This document shows, piece after piece, positions 29,166 to 40,612 of a stretch of 64,000 nt of DNA. The stretch is from NCBI GenBank assembly GCA_964016885.1, contig OZ024747.1, forward strand, positions 92,008,001 through 92,072,000, given 5' to 3'. Each line of letters opens with the position of its first letter. Within the stretch, counting starts at the first letter, position 1. The position numbers and the translations under genes are program-made. This DNA comes from Eledone cirrhosa (lineage: Eukaryota). Below the pieces are notes generated by a model, which was not told where the DNA came from, ran no database searches, and saw only the letters and a program-made list of their open reading frames with translations.

Positions 29166-29546
29166 GGTGGCTGCCAACTCGTTTTCGAATACGGCCACTA
29201 CTTTATATCCATGTAGGAGAACCCCTAACGATGCGCTGAACGAGTGTGACCTTTTAGTCCAGCCAGCGACTTGAAAACTCTGGTACAAACACTACACTTG
29301 TGACAATTATTGACACATAGTGCTGGGCCCATGGTACCATGTGACGACAAGTGCAGAGAGATCTCCAGATATAAAGCAATGCCTGTGCCGTGAAGCTTTT
29401 ATAGTAAGCAAAGGCACTGCACAAAGCCAGTCCCACTCTCTTAACCAAGATGATATTTACCAAAAAGAAGAACAAGTCAACATCATTGGATACCATCAGG
29501 GTTGCAGGTGTTATATCAGAGTTTTCCTTCTCCTAGAATTCTGCCT
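27375..29546. repeat. Two interleaved inverted duplications (A 27375-27900 / 28513-29040; B 27901-28280 / 29164-29546)
   Basis: Direct reverse-complement matching with scattered substitutions. Segment A encodes ..KEKIIIHKLDRCDLPVTILNTK..*, resembling a GIY-YIG C-terminal E..I..L...LN end. Confidence 0.85.
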
Positions 29547-30381
29547 TGACAAAGGCTAAGGGGTCATCTCTCCCGGTGATTTTGGATGGCCATTGACTCT
29601 TAAGAGCTCCTTTGGCCTTTGACAGGTTTTGATTTTAGTCCTGCAGGATGTCCAAAGTCACCCTCCTCACCAAGAAACCTTGGTGGGGTTGCCAGTTTAG
29701 TCGCCAACGACCCGACCATGATACAGGTTGTACTGGGATACATGTTACCAGTCACATGTATATATACATACATATATACACACATACATATATATATACA
29801 TATATATATATATATACATACATATATGTATGTGTATGTATATGTATGTATGTATATGTGTGTATATGTATATATGGGATTGTGGTGGTGCACGTTAATC
29901 TTCGGTTATAGAGGTAAGAATGGATTCAATATTCAATAAGCAGAATTATGTAAAATTCCTGTTTTTTAGCATGTTTACTTGCCTCTATATTGAATATGTA
30001 TATATTTATAAAGAGATTGGTGCAGTCTCGGTTACCCACTTTGTATGTAAACTGGAATATTGTGTACATATATGTATATATATATATATATATATATAGT
30101 AGTTCCACAAGAGTTAGTTCACTATACCGAGATCAAATGTTTCACAAAACTCGTCCCATGGACTGTGTACGCTACTACTACGGTTATAACCCTCCAGTGT
30201 TCTACTCATCTATATATATATATATATATTGGTCAGCCTTGTCACATTCTGTGTCATACGGAATCTCCCTGAGAACTACGTTAACGGTACACGTTTCTGT
30301 GGAATGCTGTACATGAACTTCATGAGCAGGATGTTCCTTTGACCGGATCAACTAGAATACTCATCGTTGTAACTGATAGAG

Positions 30382-30458
<77 letters not shown>

Positions 30459-30614
30459 TACATATACACATATAAAGAGAAAACGTTAGATAGTGAGGGA
30501 GAGATTGATATATATAGAAGGAGAGAAAGTCAATTGAATGTCTAATGGTTGCTCGGTTGAGAGAATACAGACCAACTGATACGTATAGAACAAGCGTGAC
30601 AGCCATGGTAACCA

Positions 30615-31280
30615 TAATAATTGTTTCTACTTTTGGCACAAGGCCAGCAATTACTCAGTGCATTACTGGTACTTTATTTTCTCGACGCCGTATGGATGAA
30701 AGGTAAAGTTAACCTCGGCGGGATTTGAACTCAGACCGTAAAGGGACGTAACTATACTAGAAAGCATGGCGTCCAACCCTCTATCGATACTGCCAACACC
30801 TAAATAATAATTTTTACTATAGGCACAAGGCCAACAATTTTGAGGTGAGAGGAAAGTCGATTAAATCGACTACACTGCATTATTTATCGAACCTGTAAGG
30901 ATGAAAAGCAAAGCTATCCTCGGCGGGATTTGAACTCAGAACGTAAAGGGCCGTAACTCTCTGCTGTAAAGCATGGTGTCCGACGCTCTACCGATACTGC
31001 CAATCCACCACCCTAATGATGCCAATAATAATGGTTTCTGATTTAGGCAAAAGGCCAACAATTTTAGGGGAGGTGAGGGTAAAGTCGATTAAAACGATTA
31101 CAGTGCACCACTGGTATTTTATTCTATCAAACCCCGTAAGTATGACAAGCAAATCTAACTACGGCGGGATTTGAACTAAGAACGTAAAGGGATGTAACTC
31201 TATAAAGCATACATGGAAAGACTTATAAAGGGGCGTAATTATATGTCGTAAATAATGTCCAACGCTCCACGGATACTGCA
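30615..31280 (-). mobile_element. Three head-to-tail SINE copies
   Basis: Repeated aataat..ggcacaaggcca...gggatttgaactcaga...cgatactgc units. Confidence 0.85.
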
Positions 31281-31664
31281 AAAAATAAATAGCAAAAGAA
31301 ATACGGATGATAGAAATAAACATCACCAAACATTCATCATGAATTCAATCCCCAAAGCTACAGAGAAGTAAATTATTTATAAACCTATTTCAACACTTAC
31401 ATTTCTAGTTACCACTAATCAGTATCCAACCGGTTTAGAATTAATTATTAAGCGTATACTTTATTTTACTTTGAAATGTAATTTTGAAAATAATTTTCTC
31501 TAAATAAATTACTTTATCTACGTTACTGAATCTCTGTGTTCATTTGTCCTTTCAGGTAGTTTTAGTTAAATGATTCAAGAAATATGGCTGTCTATATATT
31601 TCGCCACACACACTAACACACAGTTATATATATATTATGTATTATGTATATATATATTTGTTTC

Positions 31665-31732
<68 letters not shown>

Positions 31733-31937
31733 GTGAGTTTTTTTTTTTTTTTACAGAATGAAAAATAACCGAGGTGTCCTACACGAGTGAAAGTATAAAG
31801 AAAAAAAGATGAAATCGAAAATGCAACTGGAGTCTTATTTTTTTTTAAATATATATATTTATTTAGTTCCTTTACCGGTTTCGCAGTTCTTCTGCTTTTC
31901 AAAAGTAGAATTGAGATGGAGGATCTGTGGTTTTTCT

Positions 31938-31968
<31 letters not shown>

Positions 31969-32138
31969 TGTTATACTTTGGGAGGGTCATGTTGCCAATA
32001 AGAAACACACGCACCAGTTGCTTTCACTTCAATTTATTATATATTTATAAATTTATAAATTTACAAATTTACAAACTTATAAATTTATAAATTTCTGGTT
32101 GGTTGGTTGGTTCCACAACCAGATAGTTGTTTATATAT

Positions 32139-32183
32139 AGGCATAGTCCTTTCGTCACACACTCTGTGACCTCTTCAGTGACT
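32139..32183 (-). ncRNA. Minimal type I hammerhead ribozyme motif (3' pLTR copy, stem I mismatch)
   Basis: agtca CTGAAGA g gtcaca gagtg tgtgac GAAA ggac TA tgcct. Confidence 0.65.
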
Positions 32184-32550
32184 GGGGATTCCTTTCCTTT
32201 GTTTCTGTGCCTTTCCTTTCTTCTATCCTACGCCATTTTGTTTCTGTGTGTGTGTTGTGTGCTCAGTTTGCGCATGCGCCACATCCGGGTGTCTGTGTGT
32301 GTTTGTGTTCATTTATCTATTTGTTTATTTATTTATTTATTGTTGGTTGGTTGTTTGTTCTATGTGTGTGTGTGTTTTCATTTTGTCCTGTGTGTGTTTT
32401 CATTTTGTCCTTAATTGTAAGTTGTTTGTTCTATGTGTGTGTGTTTTCATTTTGTCCTGTGTGTGTTTTCATTTTGTCCTTAATTGTAAGTTGTTTGTTC
32501 TATGTGTGTGTGTGTTTTCATTTTGTCCTGTGTGTGTTTTCATTTTGTCC

Positions 32551-35500
32551 TTAATTGTAAGTTGTGATGTTGCTGTTCCACTCATATTTTCTATTTAATT
32601 TTGGTTTTAATTCTTTTATGCTTACTGCCTCTGTAATTTGCCTAAACATTGCGTCTTTTCTGTGTGTGGATTCTATTTTTATTTCTATGTTCTCTAGTCT
32701 ACCCCTGTGTTCTATCTTAGCATGTTGGTAGAGCACAGATGATTCTTTATTATCTTGGAGGTCTCGCCAGTGTTCATTTATTCGTTCCCCTATACTACGA
32801 GCTGTCTCACCTATGTACACTATATTTTTGTTTCTACATTGTCCTTCTGTACATCTTATGCTATACACTACATTTCTAGTTTTACAGTTAATATGGGGGC
32901 TTATTTTACAGGTTATACATTTCTTATCTATACATGAGGGTCTTTGGAACGGGTATGTCTTGCTAATAAGTGTTTTTACGGAGGTACCTGGTCTTTCTAC
33001 TATCTTAATATTGAGATTATGTTTATTTAGGGCCCTTCTAAATTTGTAGGCTAGTTCGCCTCTAGGGGTTGTATTGATGAACATTACACTCTGGTATTTA
33101 TTGCTATCATACCATGAGTTTATTCTATTGGCCTTGTTCCTAGTTCTTTCTATTCTATTCCAAAATTTGCTCCTATACAAGGGGCAGGTCCCATTTATGT
33201 CATTATTTACCATTTTTTCCCATTTGGTTCTGGCTCCTTTATACACTCTGATTCTATCTCTCTGATTGTAGCCAGAGAACTGCATACGGTGGATGAAGTG
33301 TTGTATGTGTCTCTCTAGTTCTTCGGGGTTGCACATGCGGGACACATTTCTCATCACCTGTACCAAATCCGCAATCAGTATGTTGATTTTGGTATGGTCC
33401 GAAATGGCCGAGTTTCGGTGGATCAGATGTTTGGAAGTCATGGGTTTGGCATAAAGGGAATGGAGGATTTGTTTTTGGTTGTTAATGGTATCTAACCAGA
33501 GCTCTGTGTCTAGTACAGGTAATCGATGGTTGGGGTGTCTACTTGGGTAGTCTATAGTCACTCTAATGCTCTGGTGGATGGAGTTTGCTATTTGCTGGAT
33601 GCTTTCCATTGTGTTTTTCTCTAGTTTCTGACTGTTCTTTAGTGGGGGTGTCTTAACTACGATGTTTATATCATCTACGTAGCGGGAGTACATTATCAGG
33701 GTTAAGCTGTCTTCTAATTGTTCTTTAAGTTTTTGTTTAAGTCTACTGTCCCACCATACCATGAATAAGTTAGCTATGTCGCCTGCAATGCTAACACCAA
33801 TGGCTGCTCCTTCCTCTTGGGCATATGTTTTACCATTAAATTTGAACATATGTTCCTTAAGGGTTAATTTTATGCTGGCCCCTACCGCATGTGCAATCAT
33901 TTTCTTCAGTTCATCGTGGTTTTCGGGTGTCCGTATGGCTCTGGTCCACCCGTTCCATCTATCTGTGTGGGTTTTCTTGGCCATTGAGGTAATGGTAGGT
34001 GGTCTGCCTCTTGCTGGTCTTGTAGGGCACAGGTTGCTAAGGTCATAAGTGTCTAGGTAACTATTACTATGGGTAAGCTTAAGTAGAAGTCCCAGCTCAC
34101 TGGTATCAATCCCACGGAACTCAACCTTGCTCTCGCTGATCATTTCTACGCATTTCTCCACAGCAAAATCCACGTCAATAGATGGATACAGGGACACAAC
34201 ATCCATACTGCCTATTATGCAGTTTGTTAGGTCCCCAGATCGGTTACTCGCGCCGATTCTGCTGAGGAGGTCCTCCGTGCTGTCACACACATCTGGGGAC
34301 ATCTCAATGATGGGGCGTATGATCAGGGAGAGGAAGTAGGACAGTCTGTAGTTACTAGCAATGTTAGCCCCACAGACTGGCCGTGTTGGTGGTCCCTCGA
34401 CAGGGTCCCAGCCCGTTTTATGGTCTTTTCGAAGCCCATACAACGCCGGCACGTCATTGTTCCAGGCCTGGAAGTTGTTGGCAGTCCTTTTGTTGGGCTG
34501 CATTATATTCGTCCACATCACCATATGGGCATTGAGGGCTTTTTCTCTATCCTCATGCTCCTGTGGTGTTACCTCTCTTGTGTTAGTGATGTGGGGTTGC
34601 ATTGCCTGGATGTAGTTTGGCAGGCTGTCAACCGACATTCTGCCAGACTTGTCTGTTGGAAAACATGCTATCTCTCCATTACGCGAGCGCTGCATGAGCT
34701 TACGCAAGCCATTTGCAGATTTTTCTCCCAGTTGCTGGGCCTCTATTCTATTATGCTTCTTGCTATACTGTTCTATAATATTTCAAAGTTCGGATTTAGC
34801 TATACTAAATTGTGCTTCTGTTTGTTCATCGACCTGTGACGGCAACTGCGTGCGTTTGTTAAATGGCAGAGTCGTGGCGTGGACTCGTCGTAGGTCGAAT
34901 GATTTATCGGAGGGGTTATAAAACGGAGAGTTCCAGGCTGCTGCTTTATGTGTACTAGTGCTATTATTATTGTTAGTTGTGTTGTTTCTATTTCTATTTC
35001 CACCAACAGCCTCAGCCTCATGGTTGTTTCTATGTCTCTCATAATTACTCCTGTCTCTTTCCACTGGCTCAATGTTGTTATCTACCCTATTTTGTGTGTC
35101 TGTGTGTTCGTCTTGGTTATTCTCTTTGTCCTTAGTCTCCCATCTCCTTTTCCTTTTAATCCTATTACTTTCTCTTATTTCTCTGATTTCTGTGCTACTG
35201 TCATTACTTGTTTTCTGTGTCTGTGTGTTTGTTAAGATTGTGGTGGTGGTGAGAGGCATTGAATGCGTGTGTGTTGTTGTTGTTGATGTGTGTTGTTGTT
35301 GATGTGTGTTGTTGTTGTCTCCGTGTGTGTTATCGTTGTTGTGTGTGTTGTTATTGTTGTTTGTGTCTGCGTGTCTGTTGTTGTTGTATCTGGGTATGTT
35401 GCTATTGTTGTTGTTGTTGATGTGTGTGTTGTTGTTATTGTTGTTTGTGTCTGTGTGTCTGTTGTTGTTGGGATGTGTGTTGTATATGTGTGTGCGTATA

Positions 35501-36249
35501 TTGTTGCTTTTGTTTTTGATGCTCCAGCGTAGTTTTGTAAATGATTTTTCTATTTCTGACAGACAACTAATCATATTTACCTTCTTGAATGTCGCAAATT
35601 TGGGTGGCAGACATAACACAGACATTTCATTATTATCTATTTCCGTGTTTCCATAAATGTTGGTATTTTAGTTGTTGAACTCTTCTGATAATGAGGTGTC
35701 GGCCATGTTGATACCGTCAATTTTGTCGGGATATCTATTGGTATACTCTATAGTATCCCGATTTAGCTTTGCCTGTTTAAGCCACTTTAGTTTTCTGTTA
35801 AAGTGCTTATCACATTCTTGAGTAATGTACTGTTCTTCGGGGCGTATAAGGCTTATAAATATTAGTTTCTCTCTTGGTGTGGTGATTTTAGCTATTTCTT
35901 GTATTAGGTTACGCTTTTGTTTTTCTTGATGACTTAATTCTCTATAGATCTTCTTTTTTATGTTTAGAATTAAAGTTCGTTTTAGCCTATCTGCTTGTTT
36001 TTTGGTGAGTTGTAATCTTCTAACGTCGGTATTGATGGTGTTGGTGTAGAATCTAGAAGTGGTGCACAGTTTTATGAAGTGTAGTTGTCGAGATGTTATG
36101 GTTTTTCGTAGACAACAGAACATGGTGGTTTTCAGTATCTTGTTAGCCTGGCTAAGGCTTACGATATTTCGTTTCTGAATTTGTTTAGCAAGATTCTTTA
36201 TCTGAAATCGTGTGTTGAAACCGATATTGTTATACTTTGGGAGGGTCAT
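32551..36249 (-). pseudogene. PLE polyprotein: N-terminal domain, reverse transcriptase, Cys-rich linker, GIY-YIG endonuclease (two in-frame stops)
   Basis: ORFs 35668-36273, 34783-35625 and 32551-34707 share one frame; the intervening codons are open (*NTNIYGNTEIDNNEMSVLCLPPKF; *NIIEQYSKKHNRIEAQQLGEKSANGLRKL). Motifs: TDKSG, SMDVVSLYPSI, GAAIG, NLFMVWWD, RYVDD, RMQFSGY, CxxxxCxxC, VVY..YIGET.R..GERINEH, E..I..L.P.LN. First ATG at 36249 (MTLPKY). Confidence 0.92.
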
Positions 36250-36393
36250 GTTGCCAATAAGAAACACACGCACCAGTTGCTTTCACTTCAATTTATTATA
36301 TATTTATAAATTTATAAATTTACAAATTTACAAACTTATAAATTTCTGGTTGGTTGGTTGGTTGGTTCCACAACCAGATAATTGTTTATATAT

Positions 36394-36438
36394 AGTCATA
36401 GTCCTTTCGTCACACACTCTGTGACCTCTTCAGTGACT
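36394..36438 (-). ncRNA. Minimal type I hammerhead ribozyme motif (upstream pLTR copy)
   Basis: agtca CTGAAGA g gtcaca gagtg tgtgac GAAA ggac TA tgact; 5-bp stem I, 6-bp stem II. Confidence 0.75.
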
Positions 36439-37894
36439 GGGGATTCCTTTCCTTTGTTTCTGTGCCTTTCCTTTCTTCTATCGTACGCCATTTTGTTTCT
36501 GTGTGTGTGTTGTGTGCTCAGTTTGCGCATGCGCCACATCCGGGTGTCTGTGTGTGTTTGTGTTCATTTATCTATTTGTTTATTTATTTATTTATTTATT
36601 GTTGGTTGGTTGTTTGTTCTATGTGTGTGTGTGTGTTTTCATTTTGTCCTGTGTGTGTTTTCATTTTGTCCTTAATTGTAAGTTGTTTGTTCTATGTGTG
36701 TGTGTGTTTTCATTTTGTCCTGTGTGTGTTTTCATTTTGTCCTTAATTGTAAGTTATGATGTTGCTGTTCCACTCATATTTTCTATTTAATTTTGGTTTT
36801 AATTCTTTTATGCTTACTGCCTCTGTAATTTGCCTAAACATTGCGTCTTTTCTGTGTGTGGATTCTATTTTTATTTCTATGTTCTCTAGTCTACCCTGTG
36901 TTCTATCTTAGCATGTTGGTAGAGCACAGATGATTCTTTATTATCTTGGAGGTCTCGCCAGGGTTCATTTATTCGTTCCCCTATACTACGAGCTGTCTCA
37001 CCTATGTACACTATATTTTTGTTTCTACATTGTCCTTCTGTACATCTTATGCTATACACTACATTTCTAGTTTTACAGTTAATATGGGGGCTTATTTTAC
37101 AGGTTATACATTTCTTATCTATACATGAGGGTCTTTGGAACGGGTATGTCTTGCTAATAAGTGTTTTTACGGAGGTACCTGGTCTTTCTACTATCTTAAT
37201 ATTGAGATTATGTTTATTTAGGGCCCTTCTAAATTTGTAGGCTAGTTCGCCTCTAGGGGTTGTATTGATGAACATTACACTCTGGTATTTATTGCTATCA
37301 TACCATGAGTTTATTCTATTGGCCTTGTTCCTAGTTCTTTCTATTCTATTCCAAAATTTGCTCCTATACAAGGGGCAGCTCCCATTTATGTCATAAAGAA
37401 TCATCTGTGCTCTACCAACATGCTAAGATAGAACACAGGGGTAGACTAGAGAACATAGAAATAAAAATAGAATCCACACACAGAAAAGACGCAATGTTTA
37501 GGCAAATTACAGAGGCAGTAAGCATAAAAGAATTAAAACCAAAATTAAATAGAAAATATGAGTGGAACAGCAACATCACAACTTACAATTAAGGACAAAA
37601 TGAAAACACACACAGGACAAAATGAAAACACACACACACATAGAACAAACAACTTACAATTAAGGACAAAATGAAAACACACACAGGACAAAATGAAAAC
37701 ACACACACACATAGAACAAACAACCAACCAACAATAAATAAATAAATAAATAAACAAATAGATAAATGAACACAAACACACACAGGCACCCGGATGTGGC
37801 GCATGCGCAAACTGAGCACACAACACACACACAGAAACAAAATGGCGTAGGATAGAAGACAGGAAAGGCACAGAAACAAAGGAAAGGAATCCCC

Positions 37895-37939
37895 AGTCAC
37901 TGAAGAGGTCACAGAGTGTGTGACGAAAGGACTATGACT
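37895..37939 (+). ncRNA. Minimal type I hammerhead ribozyme motif (inverted pLTR copy)
   Basis: Same sequence as 36394-36438; CTGAAGA 37900-37906, GAAA 37925-37928, TA 37933-37934. Confidence 0.75.
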
Positions 37940-38166
37940 ATATATAAACAACTATCTGGTTGTGGAACCAACCAACCAACCAGAAATTTATAAATTTATA
38001 AGTTTGTAAATTTGTAAATTTATAAATTTATAAATATATAATAAATTGAAGTGAAAGCAACTGGTGCGTGTGTTTCTTATTGGCAACATAACCCTCCCAA
38101 AGTATAACAATATCGGTTTCAACACACGATTTCAGATAAAGAATCTTGCTAAAAAAATTCAGAAAC

Positions 38167-38169
<3 letters not shown>

Positions 38170-38217
<48 letters not shown>

Positions 38218-38373
38218 TGTATATATATATATATATTTATTTATGTATGCATATATATATATATATATATATTTATTTATTTATGTATGTATATATATAT
38301 ATATATATATAAATTCATTTATGTATGTGTATATATATATATTTATGTATGTATGTATATATATATATTTATG

Positions 38374-38461
<88 letters not shown>

Positions 38462-38581
38462 AATATATATATATACATACATACATAAATATATATATAT
38501 ATTTACGTATGTATATATATATATGTGTGTTTGAGTGTGTATGTATATATTTATATCTATTTATGTATGTGTCTATATATA

Positions 38582-38614
<33 letters not shown>

Positions 38615-38668
38615 ACGTATATATTTATATCTATTTATGTAGGTATATATTATATATAGTATGTATAT

Positions 38669-38730
<62 letters not shown>
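38170..38730. repeat. (TA)n/(TG)n compound microsatellite
   Basis: Seen directly. Confidence 0.95.
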
Positions 38731-38735
<5 letters not shown>

Positions 38736-39299
38736 CTTATACCTTCATCTGGCTATCTATTTCAAATGCGTGTTAAATCTGGTGTGACATGTCTTCAATG
38801 GCTGTTCTTTTTTGGAAAGCTACATAGAGTATAAACTCCTCCATAACTGTCATAACGACCCCATTCATCACAAAAACACGAGGTCGTATTATATCGTGAC
38901 ATTCTACATGACAGTAGGTCTGTGACAGACTTAGACATGAAGTTATCTTTGTGAGTTGCGACAAGACACGAAATGTCTATATGAAATAGTCGTTATTGAA
39001 ACCCCTCTCACTATATCAACTCTTAATAACTGTAGAACTTATCGTCAGTACAAAGTGAACAGCAGACCGATAGAGCCACTACACAACCCGGATAACCATA
39101 ACCATAATCATCTTCAAAATTGTTTGGTAACTTTGGGCAACGAACTACAAATTTTGTATTAGTGATATATTAATTTAATGGACGTAAATGTATATAAATA
39201 TGTAACGTTTACATTTTAACACGGAATATGTAGCAGTAGAGGAATATAAGACAAAGAATTTAATCTTTTACTAAATATGAATTGTCATTCTATCATCTA

Positions 39300-40612
39300 A
39301 ATAATGATTTCCGCTATAGGCACAATGCTAATAATTTTGTGGGGAGGGAAAAGTTGATTAAATCAACCCCAGTGCATTACTGGTGTTTTATTTTATCGAC
39401 CCCGTAAGGGCGTTGGATTGGCAGTATCGGTAGAGTCGGACACCATGCTTTTCAGCATAGAGTTACGCCCCTTTACGGTCTGTGTTCAAATCCCACCGAG
39501 GTTAACTTTGCCTTTCATCCTTGCGGGGTTGATAAAATAAAGCACCAGTAACGTACTGGGGTCGATTTAATCGACTTTCTCCTCCTCCCAAATTACTGGC
39601 CTTGTGCCTATACTAGAAATCATGTTATCGACCCTGAAAGGATGAAAGGCAAAGCTAACCTCGCCGGGATTTTAACTCAGAACGTAAAGGGCCGTAACTT
39701 TATGCCACGAAGCATGTTGTCCGACACTCTACCGATTCTGCCAATCCACCACCATATTCTATCAACTAAATAATGATTTCTACTTTAGGCACAACTTGTT
39801 GAAAGGAGAGAGTCAAGTAAATCGACCCAGTACGTTACTGGTACTTTATTTTATGGACCCAGTAAGGATGAAAGGCAAAGTTAACCTCGGTGGGATTTGA
39901 ACTCAGAACGTAAATGGCCATAACTCTATACCGCAAAGCATGGTGTCCGACGCTCTACCGATACTCCCATTCCACCTAATAATGATTTCTACTTTAGTCA
40001 CAACTTGTTGGGAGGAGAAAGTCAAGTAAGTTGAACCCAGTGCGTTACTGGTACTTTATTCTAACGACGCCAGGATAAATGAAAGTCAAATTTGACCTCG
40101 GCGAAGTTGAACTCAGATCGTAAAGGGACGTAACTCTATACTGTAAAGTATGGCATCCGACCCTCTATCGATACTGGCAATCCATCACCCTCCACCTAAT
40201 AATTGTTTCTACTTTTGGCACAAGGCCAGCAATTATCCCAGTACATTACTGGTACTTTATTTTATCGACCCCGTAAGGATGAAAGGCAAAGTTAACCTCG
40301 GCGGGATTTGAACTCAGTCTGTAAAGGGACGTAACTATGCTAGAAAGCCTGGCGTCCGACCCTCTACCGATACTGCCAATTCACCTAATAATGGCTTCTG
40401 ATTCAGGCACAAAGCCAACAATTTGAAGGGAGTGGGAAAGCCAATTATATCGACCCCAGTGCATTGTGTGTAATATTAATAATGTGTCCTTCTACGTGTA
40501 GCACAAGGCCAGTAATTTGAAGAGACGGGGAAGTCAATTAAATAAACGCCAATGCTTTACGAGTACTTTATGTTATCAACCTTCTAAGGATGAAAGGTAA
40601 AGTTGACTTAGG
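39300..40612. mobile_element. Cluster of ~8 SINE copies, mostly minus strand and head-to-tail, one nested plus copy (~39407-39622)
   Basis: Repeated A/B-box SINE bodies joined through aataat tails. Confidence 0.85.

Larger units (their letters stand above)
31965..38170 (-). mobile_element. Near full-length Penelope-like retroelement (Naiad-like) with partial tandem and inverted pLTR, inserted in (TA)n
   Basis: Main copy 31965-36273(-). Upstream partial tandem copy 36224-37394(-), matching 31965-33203. Inverted copy 37393-38170(+) joined with a 2-bp microhomology. (TA)n lies on both sides. Confidence 0.95.

Noticed and set aside
31965-32550. SECIS element for a selenoprotein PLE
   Set aside because: No AUGA..AA..GA kink-turn stem was seen; the 3' UTR is CA/A-rich repeats plus the HHR. 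A TAA stop is also present and could not be decoded as Sec.
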